A stretch of 64,000 bases of DNA. Origin: Bigelowiella natans CCMP2755 (lineage: Eukaryota > Protista > Cercozoa). Both the position numbers and the translations under genes were made by a program. The notes beneath the pieces were generated by a model. It did no database searches. It worked only from the letters and a program-made list of their open reading frames with translations, and was not told the origin of the DNA. Positions 14,049 to 29,001 of this stretch are shown here, piece after piece; position 1 is the first letter of the stretch; each line of letters starts with the position of its first letter. The DNA lies in assembly GCA_000320545.1 (NCBI GenBank), contig ADNK01001858.1, positions 1 to 64,000 on the forward strand. Direction: 5' to 3'.

Positions 14049-15613
14049 ATGTCTAAGAAGCCTACGAGAAAGGTTGAGGACAAAATGCGTCCATCTCGGT
14101 GCAATCCCGAATGGGATTCAAGAACGAGGCACTACCTTGGTAATCACCAGAGGAGATCATGGAAGAAAAGGGATGGCGTAAACCTCATCCTTGCGAAGTA
14201 TGCCAAAGGTAAAAAATTTCAATAGGAGTCAATGGTGTTCTCCTTTGCGATAGATCTAATATTTTTATTTTAGAAATGGACGGGAAGCTCGTTCGATCGC
14301 CTGTGGAGCTTAGTCATGCAGCAGAGAGAATTCGGCAGGAGATAAATAAGAACTTGCCTCCGAAGCAACGCCATAAAAAGCATAAGCCCCTGTTAGAAAT
14401 TTTGATGCGCGGTGCGAGAAATCCGGAATTAGGAGGTTCCTCTAATTCCAAGACAAGGAGGAAAATCAAAACGGTGAAGGGGAGGGTAGGATCCCCGAAG
14501 AGCAAGAACCGCTTGGAGCCTATTGCTGACAGTAGTTCCAATGCACTCGTTGAGTATAAGCCTCCCAAAAACGTCAAAGAGCGATTCGGGTGAGTGGAAA
14601 TGCAGCATCAAATATGTGAGATTTCAGTATGTTAACACTTTGGATTCTCTTCAACTGTATGTAGGAAAGAGACAACGATCGGAAGGATCCTTAGTTTGGC
14701 CCCAAACTCCCCATTTCCTCTCGAAGACCTGCTAGAAAGGTCTCTTAAGGCAGGAGTATCAGTAAGCTCAGCACAGGCCAAAAAAATGAAGAAGTCCAAG
14801 ACAAGAGCAGCAGCGATTTCACCATCAGAAAAATTTGCACAACATTCCTTAGAGGAAGCTATAGCAGCAGCGAAAAAGGCGGCAATGAACCAAAAATCAA
14901 TGGCCGAGTCTATCGGACAAATATCATTTTTTGTGGGAGACCATCTAAATCAGAGCTTTGACATATCGAAGTATCTTCTCCAAGCTCTTGGGGATAACTT
15001 TGTCGCAAAGGATAATGCAACTCTAGGAACCCCGATGTTGAGTATCCCGTTTCAAACTAATGCAAAGGCAACCGAAAAACACATCCAGCGAGCCCTGACA
15101 GAAATTCCACTAGTTGAACATGTGCTAGATTCAGACGCTATAGACTCTACGCCTACATATGAACTCCTGCATCCATCTCTCAAGTTTAAAGCGGTCAAAG
15201 TAACTCCTTTGCAGTACCATCCTAGATCAAAGGCTGCAGACATATCGAAGGGCGAACGGCCAGATCCTTTCAAGGGCACGAAATCTGTAGCGTTCCTGTC
15301 TAACTATAAAGCCGTGACTGGTCATCACGACGAGCTGCAACCAGAATCGAACATAGCTGAACTGGTTGATGATAGAGCTGCAACCGTGAGTCTCGACAAG
15401 AAGGGATTGAAGATCACAACAGACTGGAACACGCGGGTAGGAGAGGATCCTGGAGACAAAAAGACTGCATTGGAGGCTCTTAATCTTGATTCTAAAACAA
15501 GACCCTCGGTTTCATATAAAATGAACCCGAAAACAAAGGAGCCCGAGGAAGTCACAGACAAGCCAAGCCTTGGCATTGGGGACATAAACTCCGATGATGA
15601 ACATTCGGATTGA
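14049..15613 (+). CDS. Hypothetical protein, 3 exons, about 470 aa
   Basis: ATG at 14049 (MSKKPTRKVEDK...LILAKYAK) joins in frame through GT-AG introns to EMDGKLVRSP...KERFG and then KETTIGRILSLAPNSPF...SDDEHSD*. No family recognised. Confidence 0.7.
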
Positions 15614-16355
15614 GCCCTTTATTTTCTTCCCCATGTTGCATTTAACAATCAGGGCATACAGGGGATATCGTAGTACAGTGAATATGAGAATACTGAACCG
15701 TATACAACTAACATGCTTTTGGTGCTGCTCGCTTTAAGTTTAATCGTCATTCAGAAAGACTGATGGACAAGTTAAGTACATCTAATTTTCCGTTATCATA
15801 GCATGCTATAACGATACTTCAGGATTTTGTGGACGACGTGAGACGGATGTATTGAAGTGATGCAATGTTTTCAATTGTCATCTTTATGTAGCTGTGCTAT
15901 ATGGACTTATAGTCCCTATAGTGCCTATAGCGCTTATGTCTTGTATCCATTTGTTTTCAGTGTTACTTCATGTAAAAGTATACACATGTCGCTCTATCGC
16001 TTCGCGCATGTGGCGTGCAGCGCACGTGCACCAGTCTAGCAGTGCGCGCTTCTATTTCCGTTTTTGCGAAGCGTTTTTTTGGTCTCGTCATCCCTGTATT
16101 AATGATTACTTTCAATTTTTGTGTCTGTAATGTTGTTTGATTGCTTTGTCGCTATGTGAGACGGCTGGCGATGAAATGATGTATTTTTCAATTTTCATCA
16201 TGGCAGCACATTTCGTGAAAACATGGACTGCTAGACTGCGGCGGCAGAGGGCATTCGCCATGCATGCGTGTACCATGTGCACCTTCGCATGCCATGATAA
16301 CAGTAGCAGATTGCACTGCATTGTACATTTGCTACATCGAAGCTGAAAGTAAACA

Positions 16356-17046
16356 CTAAGGTCGTGATTTTACTATAGACGAGGCTTTGAGAGTTTTGGC
16401 TTCATGCAGATCATTGCTATCAGATGAAGAAATCAATTTCAGGATCATTTTGGCATACTTGACCTCATTTTCAAGACTTTTTGAGTTTTGCAGAATCTCT
16501 TGGCATAATTTCCGAATTGCTTCAATTTTGTCTGAAAATGACTTAAAGAGAAGCACGTTTCAGAAACTCGGCTAGACGACAGAATGGATCGTTACCTTGC
16601 GCTCAAGGAGGAGCCCAGCTTGAGCTACATCCTACAGTGACGATCAAGTTAGGCCAAAGTCAGTTTCCCGATCAGGGTGCAATAGAAATATAAAAAGAAA
16701 GTACGAGGCTTGATTAATTTTATGAGCATATAAATACTTAGAAAAAAACTACTAGGATTCGCTGTGTTTCCAAGGAAGATCGATGCATTTGAAGTAATTT
16801 TTTAAGCCGTTGGTGGGTCTCTCCGAAAACGGTCGCCACATTAGGATCCTCCGAGCTTGCCAACGTCGCCTCTGTTGCTGCTAACTGATCATCCGTAGAG
16901 ACACAGGATGAGAGTTCATTGACATTGATAACCATTATCAATATTGACTATAAAAGTTTTAGATTAGTCCTTACCTGGTCCCAGATTACCGTCTTTGCAC
17001 GTTCGAGGTGTCCCAGGACGATGCCTGAATTACACATTGAATCCAT
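16356..17046 (-). CDS. Small hypothetical coiled-coil protein, multi-exon
   Basis: Exons MDSMCNSGIVLGHLERAKTVIWDQ | ..TDDQLAATEATLASSEDPNVATVFGETHQRLKKLLQMHRSSLETQRIL | DVAQAGLLLERK | SFSDKIEAIRKLCQEILQNSKSLENEVK..* with GT-AG borders. Confidence 0.55.
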
Positions 17047-17388
17047 TTTTTTGCTGCTCCTAAAAGCTAGCTATCCCCATCCTCCAAAGTTTAACCCGAG
17101 AACAATTTTACGACCTTGCTTGTTGACAGCCATAATCACAGCCCGTGGCTACGGGTGGCGTTTGATATCGATACTATTATCTATCTATCTGTTGTATGAT
17201 AAGAACAGGTAGCACGAGGTGGGGGGGGATCTCCGACGAGTGGGAGAGGAAACAGCAGACAACACTTACAACAACTTTACGAGGACGAGAACAACAACGC
17301 TTGCATTGTTAGTACAACGACAGGATTTATTCGTTGTCGCAGGTGCAAAATATCTTGCAATTCCCCACGATAATCACCCAAGTTCTGG

Positions 17389-18748
17389 ATGCCTCAAATC
17401 TCCAAGCATCGTCGGATGTGGCTTCGGCATCTGCTCGTGCCATGCTGCTTTGCAATCCTCGCCGCATACGTTGCAGATATCATGAACATCTTCAAAGGAT
17501 CCATTGAATATAGTGTAATGTATTAGATTAGAACTAGAGTTGAGTGTCGATTAACGACAATAGCGATGATATCTTGATTACACGTAGCTCGAGTGCAAGA
17601 ATGTGGCGTCGGAAGTGATGGTTAATAGCGAAGACTTTACTCTCTTCAAAGATGGGGTTGGACTTTTGTCCCTTACTCTTAGATTCGAGTACTGAAGTCT
17701 TTCCATGCTCTCTTAGATTGTGTTCGCAAGTTCCGGAGATCTCTACAGTTTGTTCAATACTGGTCTGGCAAATGCAGTAGACGGGGCGATTTTCGCCATA
17801 GATCTGAACTCTGGAGAAGCACACTCAATCGAGCCCCCAAAATTACTCCAAATCGAGGGATTTCCGGAGGGTAAACGATTCCAACCCCACGGTAAAAAAC
17901 ACAATAAATGTTTCCCTAACATAATCTCTCATCGCTCATGGATGGAACAGATCAATACTTAACAAAAAAACACAGGAATATTTTTCTCGAACCGAACAAG
18001 TCGACTCTACACAGTCTCTCATCCATTTCAAGGAAAGTAAGTTGCTTAATTGATGAGAAACCCAGATTATCATTCATCGGTTCATAATATTATACACAAG
18101 AGGTAGCTTTATTGAGATATTCCACGTGAAGGAGAGTCCGCTCAGACTGCAGTAATACTACAAGTCTTCCCAAAGAGTTTGATTCCAGAATATGAGCTGT
18201 TTTAAGACTTGCTATTCTCCTCATATCCTCAGCTACATTGAGTCGATCCAGCCTACAGGGAACAATGAAAATAGTGTGATAAATGATGTGGTATGATGAC
18301 CCAGAGCAGAATTAGATCATGTTTCTCAAATATTACTAGTGCTACCACCTCTATTAGTACTTACCAGCATTACACAATCACTGTATAGTAGCACTTATAC
18401 TAGACATTGGATGTTTTGCCGGCTTGGTGCGCACTGATGACAAAATAGGTTGAAGGTAGGAGCGAGAATGAAGTGTTTGTCACCAGGTATATGCTGCTAC
18501 AATGGCATGTACTCTGCTTCTTCCTTCTTCTTCTTCTTATTCTTCATGCTTCATCCTTGCCGTTTGCTAATGTTATCTGCGGTGTATAGATACAAATGGT
18601 TTCAAACCCCCGTTGTTGGAGAAAAAGGCGGTCATAACACGTTATCATCATATCATAGATGTGTGTTGTTGATTGAAGCATACCACAGGAAATATCTCAG
18701 TGTGGGAAAGGATCGAAAATGTACATGTTCATGATATTGAGTTTTTGA

Positions 18749-18797
<49 letters not shown>

Positions 18798-20408
18798 TAC
18801 TGGTGTTACAGCAAAGTGACGTTGGTACAGATTGTTCAATATGGTATGATGTTCTCACGGGGCACGTACGTCATTGGATGCTGGCGGAAGAAGAAGAAGA
18901 AGAAGAAGCAACACGGTCACGTTGAAAACTCACTCAAATAATCAAGATTATTATTCTCATTGTGCTCGTTATCTTAATTTTCTTTGTCAGATTACAGTGT
19001 TGATGATGATGATGATGGGCATGCCAAGATGAGTGGCTGGCAAGTGAGAGGACATGTTGAATATGATAAATTGATGGTGCATCTTGCATCCAACGTTTAG
19101 CTTGCAACCTTCAAGCAGTAATTATTGACAAATGAATACGATTGTTAGTGTGAGCAGGCCTCACCCCATCTTTCTAACGCATACAATGGGTAAAAACAAA
19201 CACTTCAAAAAGTACAATAAATATAAACCTCACCATCGATCAATGTCATGACACGAAAACACTAATAGTTCCTCCTCACCATCATCATACCTTGAGCTGT
19301 TCTATGCTTTGTTCGTTTGCACTCCTTAGTATTACTATCTCATCGGATCGAAGATTTGTGTTTGCGGTAGAACTACATCTATACTCATATCTATACTCAT
19401 ATCTATAATTAAATAACTCATGAGAATTCCTCTTACGATTACTCTTTTATCATTGCTACACTTATTATCATCAGGCGGAGAGCTTTAGACGACGTATCAT
19501 CATCTTTCGTGTCGTCACAGACAAAGAAGCTAAGCTCCAATTCGTCAGTGAGTTTACCTCGCCCCATGCAATTGACAATCTGGACTATGAAATGGTCAGC
19601 GCTGCTACCTCTCATTATCACATGTGTGGGCGTGCAGTAGTTCGGTTGGTAGTCTTGGAAATCTCAGTACTAGTTTTATCGCCGTGAGTAATGTGGTAGT
19701 AGGATGACAAACGTTGGTATGATCCGTGCTATATGTTCGTCAGGAAAGCGACGACCTCATTGCTGGAACGATGCCATTCCTATACAAAAACTACATGCAA
19801 TGGAAGTAATAGTAGTAGCAGCAGTAGTAGTGTTAGTGTTTGATGTAGTACGACTAGTTATAATAGTGATAGGAATAAGGATAGGAAGCTACTGCTCCTG
19901 TTCTTGCGCCAAATATGGACCGTTTGCGTGTGCAAGTAGTGCGAATACGCTCATCTGTAAATACATAAAGGCTGCTGCTGCTACTGGTGGTGGTACTATT
20001 TTCCTTCCATTTTATTCGTGTTCGAATGGTGACACTATCAGAATGGACAACTTCACTAGAGTTCCAGGAGGTCTTCTCAGGTTCCAAGGATCTCCAGATG
20101 TGGGGTGTGTAGTTACCTCTTAGATACTATATATGACTCAACCATGCTCCTCGAGATAGAGTGGCGTTCAAATATAACAGTTTTTTTTGGCTGGTTATTA
20201 TCTCGATGCTTGCTAATACAGTTACCGCGTGGTGGAAGATTTGATTCATAATGGAAGTGAGAGAAAAGGAGTATCAACAGCTGTTCCATGGGGGGGAGGC
20301 AGGATAATTCTCGGTGGTCCGTTTGCTTCAGGAATAGGCGTCTGTGTTGCGCCCAGAGAAGAGAAAAACTCAATATTTTCTTTATTGTCATCTTTATTGT
20401 TTAGCTGA
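17389..20408 (+). CDS. Paraoxonase/arylesterase (PON-family) six-bladed beta-propeller with N-terminal signal anchor, about 16 short exons
   Basis: Spliced: MPQISKHRRMWLRHLLVPCCFAILAAYVA..| LECKNVASEVMVNSEDFTLFKDG | IVFASSGD..GAIFAIDLN..RFQPHG | IFFS..LYTVSH.. | SVINDV | ..EVFVT.. | AYNG | ITISSDRRFVFA | AESFRRRIIIF..PHAIDNLD.. | HNGSERKGVSTAVPWGGGRIILGGPFASGIGVC..*. The PON motifs SED, PHG, VxH, ND, NG and DN are present in order. Confidence 0.85.
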
Positions 20409-20932
20409 ATATTCGCATATATAGCCAACCGTGAACCCGTGATCTTTGAAAAGTAAATGTTTTACTTTTATGGATTGCGCAAGTTTTCTCCTGCGCAAGA
20501 CAATGAAAATGGAACTGCCTTTTTGTGAATCATCACATGCGGATAGTGGCTGCAACGCTAGGACGCTAAGCTCATCTTAAAATTAGTGCCTAATTACCAA
20601 GCTGCGCTAAAGATATTTATTGCGCCAGTATAATGCGATGCTAGGCTGTTTGCATGTTGGATGTGTACCAATTTTGTCACGATTCACGTGAACATGCATT
20701 GTTGCATTAATTTCTGCGATGTTGCTAGTATTACATGGTGTCTATCATGTTGCAGGCCACAGCTACTTCGATCGTCACACTATGTTCATGCATCATGCAT
20801 GGAACTTAGCGCGATTATGCGAAGAATGTTAAGGTAGACTGGTTGTACAATTCAAGTTCATGTTTTAAGCTTTATATATTACATAGCATGCACCACGAGT
20901 GCGCAATACACAAAGACGTATATTATTAATAA

Positions 20933-22120
20933 TTACACAAAGAATTCGTGACAACAGATACAACCGAACATCAACTGTTCAAGTGTTATGGAAGTAGAAA
21001 TAGAGGTAGAAGTGAATATTCTATGAAAGGAATCAGCAAGCGTTTGAATTAGGCGGTCTTCATGTCCGAGCTTTGAACAGTAAGCATGAGATTGTGTTCC
21101 GTTCGGCATGTGTGTATATCTCTCCAAAAGGACAGACTTCTAACTCGGTCCTACTCCCTCGCATGCGTTCAGCTGTAGTATTCATCATCTGTATCCGCCG
21201 TCATCTTCTTAGCTAGATAGTACGCTCAACTTTACTTTCTCGAGGGGAAACTGCTTGAATGTGTGAGAGAGATTGCGCTCGGTTTGATTTGGGCTGTCCA
21301 ACGTGCAGTCGTGTTAACGCTCTTCTTCCATCGATGCTACTCTCGCCACCCATTACTGGCGTCTGGCATGAAGAAGAAAAAGAAAGAATTGAGAAGCGTA
21401 CAGCTTTTTAACTGTCTAGCGATGTCATTGCACAAAAAGTATTGAATTCGTTTGACGACACAAATCCCAAGAAACACCCTTCCTTCCACATGGCATTCAA
21501 GTTTTGACGTTTCAAGTATCGAATTATTGTTTACAAACCACTGGCTGCAGCTCTACTTCCTTTTCCTCTGCTATTATCTCCTATTTTTTGTTACAGAGAA
21601 ATGGTTAAATGACGTTAGAATAAATACTTTCGTCTGAATACAAACTTGACACAAAAGTGTTTGGATTCATGAGCAATTCGCTGTTGGTATAAGGCTGGAG
21701 CTGTAAATTGACCTTTCCGTTCCGTGGTGACAGCCCCTGATTATTTCCAAATTTAACATCAAACCAGCATACCATCAGACAAGACAAATAACTCTATGAA
21801 CACGACTTTGCTTACATAACATCCTAATCATTTCTTCTACAATTTCTTCTGTATCATTAGATAATACTACCAAGTCCGTGTTCGCCAAATCTTCTTCGCC
21901 AATAATATCTTTAATATTACCCTGATTATTTATATTTCACCAAGGAAAATTAAACAGGTAGATTTAGTGTAATCACGTTTGCTTTAGCTGTGCCGAAGAT
22001 AAGCATCAACAACTACAGCGCAAATAGTAATGGATAAAGAAATCAGTCTAAAACCTTCAAGCCTCCCCCCCTGCCAGCTTTATGCTCAAACCACACTTTG
22101 TCTTGCTGCAAGGTGGATGG
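20933..22120 (-). CDS. Possible short multi-exon hypothetical gene (or alternative 3' exons of the MLO gene)
   Basis: Exon-like blocks with AG/GT borders (GNIKDIIGEEDLANTDL; GLSPRNGKVNLQLQPYTNSELLMNPNTF; SKLGHEDRLIQTLADSFHRIF..). Frame not resolved. Confidence 0.3.
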
Positions 22121-22318
22121 GGAAATTAAAACACACCACTAAATCCCATTTGAACGTACTGATACATGTAGCACTATGATGCCAGTTGATGATGTTTTTG
22201 TTACTACCGAATGACTGGCTTTTCTGCTATGTCGGTTTGAGCCTCTACAGAACGACGATAAAATGAAGAAAGAAGGGTTATTGAGGATGGATGATAGATA
22301 CGACGCATCAACAAGTGA

Positions 22319-23664
22319 TCAGTTATCAATTCTTTCGTACATTTCCTGCCTTTGCGCTTGGAGCTGCGATGGCATCTTCAGTACCAAACTCAGAATACTT
22401 GAGCGTCCAGATTTTCCCATCTTCATTTCCTTTTGTAAAGACACAAGAAGGAATAAATAATGAGTGAAAAGAACTTGAGTTGAACAAAGATACGAACGAC
22501 CGCGACAACGAGTATCTACCTCCATAAGCTGCGCATATTTGGAATGGCTGCCACCCAACAGAATCACCCGAATGAAATCCTGGAAGAAATAGAGGCCATG
22601 AAGCCAAAATTAATTAAGCATTGCTTATAATTCTAATATGAACAGCAGCAGCAGCAGCAGCAGTGAGCTGATGATTATGTACAGTACTTACATCTGGCGT
22701 GATATTTCCCTGATGTTTCTCATCGATCAAGCTCCATAACCGCTGCAACAAGCAAGATGATAGGGAAGTATAGAGAAGGGAAAGAGAGGAGGAGAAGATA
22801 TGACGGAAAGCTGACGTCAATATTAAACAAATACACACGCACATAAATCTACCATAAATCATCAGCGTCTTTTAGTATCATCAGTATCATAGCTCACATC
22901 ACCATCCTCTTCCTTCCTCATCCACTTTCTTAAAAGTAAATTCTCGTAGTAGATGAATCGTCTCCAACTATCATACTATTACAACGACGACCTTGAAATG
23001 CCTGTCGGTGATACTCACGTACAATCCTGTTATTAACATACATATGAGGGAGCAAAGAAGCATCTTGGACGATCCACCATTCTTTGCATGGTTGGTGAGC
23101 TTCATCATTATAACCATCATGGAGATCGTTTATTCTCCTGAGAAAAGAGATGTTCTTACCCTTTTTTCGCATCCATGTTTTGAGTTCTTCTGGTAGCACC
23201 CGCCCATCCCCTTTTGACATGCACGTGATACGATATAGGAAGGAGGAGAAGGAGGAGGAGGAGGAGGAGTATGACGAAAGGAACACATTTAAAAACACCA
23301 CACACAGATAACGATAATAAAGATTCATTAATAGATGCTCTCTTTCTTTTCGAAACAGCGGCTGAATGGAAGGCTGCTGCTACTATCATCCTCCTCCTCC
23401 TCCTCATCATCATCCTACCGTCTATATCCAAGTCACGAAAGGCCATTGTGACAGCCTCAGAGACCTATGTGCAAACACACCATTGCTGTCTCTCTTCATT
23501 CTTATAACCATGAAGCTTGATATGTCTGCAGTGTTCGTGGTTCTTCGCTTGGTTTGTTTCCATGCTGCTTTGAGTCAGAAGCTGATGACAGAACAAAGTA
23601 TGTTGCTGTGTTCCTTACCTTCAAGTTCGCATTTTCCTCAAAGAGTCCTTGCAGCCCTGAGTAG

Positions 23665-23706
<42 letters not shown>

Positions 23707-24226
23707 AGCAATTTTATGGTGATGATTATACTCTCTCTCTCTCTCTCTCCCTCCCTCCCTCTCTTAAAGCACGACATGTTCATTTGAAATAACGCTGACT
23801 ACACAAATGTTCTATTCTGTGAAAGATGCATCATCAATTTGTCCAAGATTTGAGAAGTGACCGTCACGAACGCTTCGAATGATCATTTCGTCCTTATGTG
23901 CGGCAGCAATTGTCTCTAATATTTGAAAGCAAAAATATGAGAGAGAATGGCTGCTGATGAAGGAGTCGTAAAGAATAAAACATTGTAATTGTTCAAATAG
24001 AATGAAGAGAAATAACAAAGCATTGAGGAGCACGACGACTATCGTAAGAAATCCAAGACTATTTTGGTTCCTAATTGTGCTCGATTATGACATCCAAGAG
24101 ATCGATCATATTTTAAGTCTGCTTCTCCCACCTGCTAGCACAGAGTCAATGAAATCATCAGGCCCAGTAATTGCGTGCGCGAGGAAGTAAGGCTCCTAAT
24201 ATATAAGAAATAACAAGAGAGTAGAG

Positions 24227-24272
<46 letters not shown>

Positions 24273-24354
24273 GGGAACAACAACACGAAGAAGGTATGCC
24301 CAAGGTGTATTTGTATTCATTTCCATGCACGTATCATGAAGAGAATGTTCATTT

Positions 24355-24392
<38 letters not shown>

Positions 24393-25329
24393 GTGTATAT
24401 AGCAAAGCATTTGTTTTCCTTGTATTACTGATACGACAGTAACATATAAAATCGTTGATTATTATCGTTATTCCATTCTATGTGATGATGTTGATTTCGA
24501 TCACCAAGAGTATTGGAATAAATATGAAAACGAAGCTCACGCACGGCAGCAACATTAGGAAGATCACGAAGAAGTTCCTAATGATTAGAGGAAGGACTAC
24601 TTTTTAAGATAAATCGAATGCATGCCATGTCTACATGACAGCGTTTGCATACATCAATATTTCCTAACCCCTTTCTTCCCAGCCATCTTTCACTCACTAT
24701 CATGCGAATATACATATACACATATGTATATATATGTGTGTGTGTGTGTGTATAATGATATGTTCGACTGGACATATTTAAAGAATATTTTGGAAATAAT
24801 ACAGCCTTTTCCCCCTACTATTTTCTTCGTTGTTGCATGCATATTGCCTCGTTCTAATATTTCACAGTACCATCCCGCTGGAATAAGAACGTAGGCTTCT
24901 CGCGCAAATATCTAGGAGGAACAAAACATTACATAGTGTGACCAAATATGTAAGAACCATATGCCGATGTATAGTATCTATAGTGAAGGATGTGACGAGA
25001 AGGACAAACTGAGCTTTTCAACTGTCAATAAGCTTGCACGCTCCTTTATCATGATATCTCAACATATGCAGCAAGGAATGCCGCTGCGTGAATTACCATA
25101 ATGAAGAGACCGATATAGACGCATTGGAAAAAGAGCATCACCTAGTGACATTGTGAAGAATAAGAATAAGAATAATAACTATTCAGTTGCCACGAACGAA
25201 TCTGACTGATTTCATCAACACTATATACCTCAACAACATTTGATATCATTCCGTGATGACACCGCCATAACTTGAGCGCGCTGGTCTCTGTGTCAGACTT
25301 TCTCTGTTCAGATCAAGGCAAATGTCATC

Positions 25330-25366
<37 letters not shown>

Positions 25367-27148
25367 GCTTTATATATATATATATATATATATTTATTTA
25401 TTTATTTATATACACATCACACGTTCCTTCCCCCACAGCACCTGTAATCTCTACACAGATAGAGGGCTAGCATTGAATTGTTGAAATTACCTGCCCAGAC
25501 ATCGTTCCAAATACCTGCAGATTGACTGCTGTCTCCCCGACATTCATAGGTGTAATTGTACCACGGTGCTTTCTCTCCCCGATCGGTCTGCCAACACACA
25601 TCGGGTTGCGTTGTGCGTGTAAAGTATCTATTTGTTTTTGGGACTAGTAGTATGAACAGCAGTGTGATAGTCGTTGTATTTCTATTGTTACTGTTGTTGT
25701 GGTGGTAGTTAGGAAACCGTGTAGAGTTGATGCTGCTGCTGCTGCTGCTGCTGTTCCGATTGGTTGGTTTGGGGTCGTGTACACTGTTCAGCTGCTGCTT
25801 TCGTGCCTGCTGCTCTTGCTGATGATCTTTTTATCGATGGCAAATGAAGTGTAGAAGGCGAATTTGTTTTTTTTAATACACAACGCACACACATACACAC
25901 ACACATACACACACACACACGCACAAAGAAAAAATATTTTGTTTAAATATGTGTGTATGTGTGTGTGTGTGTGTGTGTGAGCGCAGCCGCGCTTATTGTT
26001 ATCATATGACGAGTGCAGTTGCCAATACCTTTAAAAGATTCTCTCACATTTCGCGAAGATCTCATCCAGTATACACTTTTCTTCAAGCTCTGTAAGCAAG
26101 GAAGAGGAGGAGGAGGAGGAGAAGCAGAAGGGCGAGAGTAATAGTAATTCAATAATTATGACCAAGATAGGGGATTCAAGTTGTTGAAGTTGTGAATCAA
26201 AATTTCTGTACGTACGATTTTTTGTTGAGATGCGAGCTCCATAGCATCTTTTCGGGCACGCTCCTCTTCGACTATTCGTTGCTTTACGGTATGAGCTTCC
26301 CAAATCTTGATGATGCGTGATTTGAATTAGAATTGATGAGGATGAGTAGCGGAAAGAGCCAGAAAGTGTATGAGAAAAATAAGGATTAAGATGAAACCTA
26401 CAGCAGCTCAAAAAAGCTACTACAAAGTAAGAACTGAAATGAGGGTAGTAGTGTAACATCAGGAAGATGCAACAAGTAAAACTTATCGATCGTACTTAGA
26501 AAAATGGTGTCGGTGAGGTTATAAATCACTGCTGTTATTACCATGGTGGGAGACACTGTGAACACGAATACGTTTCCTACCATGACAAATACTGCAGGAG
26601 GAAAGGAGCAGTACAGAAGAGAGGAGGAGGGGGGAGGGGGAGATTTCTTATCTATTAATGTAGGTTCAATTTGTTTATAAGTGCAACTCACCGAAGAGAA
26701 GAACTTCTCTCTGCTGACAGTTGTCGCCGCATGTCGCCAAAAATATATTTTCCACCGCAATCGCAAATACTGATGTTGATGGTGAGGGGCAAGATTAAGA
26801 AGAGGGTGATGATGATGCTGCTGGAAGTGACCAGAATAGCGAATAAAACGATAAATTACATGTTGATTTTTTAAAGAGCAAGCCAAATCTACAAGATTTA
26901 TTTCGTGTGTGCGCTGTATGTTAGCCGTATATTATTTGGAGGGAGAGGAAAGTGAAACGCTAGCAAAATTGGTGCAAACATAGTAAAATTAACAATACAA
27001 GTTGATACATGAGATGTACAAAATAAATTTACGTATTTAAATGATGACGACTTACAGCATGTTGCAATGCCAAGCGCCCATGTGGAGTTTCTAAGCGTAC
27101 ACATAAACAATATCATACAAAAAGTAAACAAATAGGCGTTCACACGCA

Positions 27149-27188
<40 letters not shown>

Positions 27189-28906
27189 CACACACGAGAT
27201 GAGGATAATTATTTTCTGGGGAAAGAAGCATGGGTAGTCCTCCTTACGGACTTTATGTGGATAAGATGCAGCATTTCATGCTCGAGTGCCCGCCGAATAT
27301 ATCTTGTTGTCAATGATAGGAAACACAATATTACTGACCAATGATTATGTTTACGAGAGGATGATGATGAAAAAGGTTCAATGCACAACATGCATATGTA
27401 AAAGTATAATCAAATGCCTATTTTGCACTAGTCGACCCTCCTCCTCTGTGCGCGTATACACACACGCACGCACTCACAACACACAAATACATGCATTTAC
27501 ACCCGTATCTGAGCATCCGCAAATTAATCACAACTTATTTATAACGTTGGGAGTAATAATAGATATATTCTATGTATGCTTTGTCTGCAGAATGCAAGTG
27601 ATACATATTATATTGTAATTTCACTTACAGCACGAAATTGAATTTCCTCTTTTCAATATCTGGCCTTCGGTTGAGGAAGTACCTAGTAAAATTAAATTCA
27701 AAAGCTTAGATGCTGAGTAAATATTATAATGAGTCTTTCGGGGTGGGGGGGGGGGGGTTAAGGAAGGGGCTTCATGACAAAAGCATTTACTCTCTAGCTC
27801 AAGTAACAGTGTGTGACGACACATAAACAGCAGCAAAATCGCCATTCATCGTAATCTTCTTTGATTCTATTGAGGTATTGTTATTTTATGCTGACTGACT
27901 CTCCTAAATAGAAGAGCTCCAATGCTTTTGGATCTGCAAGTTTTAGTTTTTCAGCTAACTTCTTCCCCCCTATCCGTGTGATAGAAGACATCTACACACA
28001 CACGCACACACAATCTTGTCGTGAGAGGAACAATAAAAGATGAATAGAGAAAGAGAGAGAGATTGTTATGAAGGGGAGAAGAAATCAAGGTATCTTCTCT
28101 TCTAGTTCATTCCTACAACATGGCTACATACCACCCACTATAAGTGATAATACTACCTTAGATTTCATCGGATCGTAGTCTTCTCGTGCCTTTTGGTTGA
28201 TGTAAAGAGCAGTAGTTGCATATGATGGCAATTAGAAAGCGGCGGGGTATTACTACATATGATTGAAATAGTGTAGTAGTATTATGATGATGATGATGAT
28301 GATGATGATGATGGTAGTGAAAATGATGGTAGTGAAAATGATGGTGGTGAAAATGATGATGGTGATGATGATAGTAGTGTGATGACGACCAGGCTCCAGA
28401 TTGTTGCCTGAATCTTCTCATATTTGGATGGCACTCCTTTCACCAGCTGATTGGCCAATAATCACGTCGTTATTGGGGGAGAGCACGAAGATTAAGCCGA
28501 AAATGTTAGACATCAATTATCATACATGTATTATCTTGGCCGAACCATGCTACGTATTCTAGCGATGTATTATTTTCTGAATCTATTAGAACACTGCCAT
28601 TACCTTGTAGAGGACGTAAGTGTGTAGTACATAGTTGAGACCGAAAGCGAGCAGCACAAAATGAGCAATTTCGACCAAATGTAGAGTGTTCAGATCCTGT
28701 GATATGCAAGCAGATAACGACGACGACATATTTTAAATGACCTATGAACAGTAACGTCGCGGGGATCATGGATTATGTTTCTGTTGAGATTCTCCGCCCC
28801 TCCCATGATTTCGATTCATAGCATCATTGTATGTCATCATTTAAACCAGATCGCTGCACTTGAAATTTGAATATTACATTATCATTGTATGTGTACACTC
28901 ATACAC

Positions 28907-29001
<95 letters not shown>

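Noticed and set aside
19439-20428. Apparent minus-strand gene suggested by the ORF track
   Set aside because: The plus-strand exons here complete the paraoxonase gene with conserved motifs; the minus ORFs are antisense shadows.
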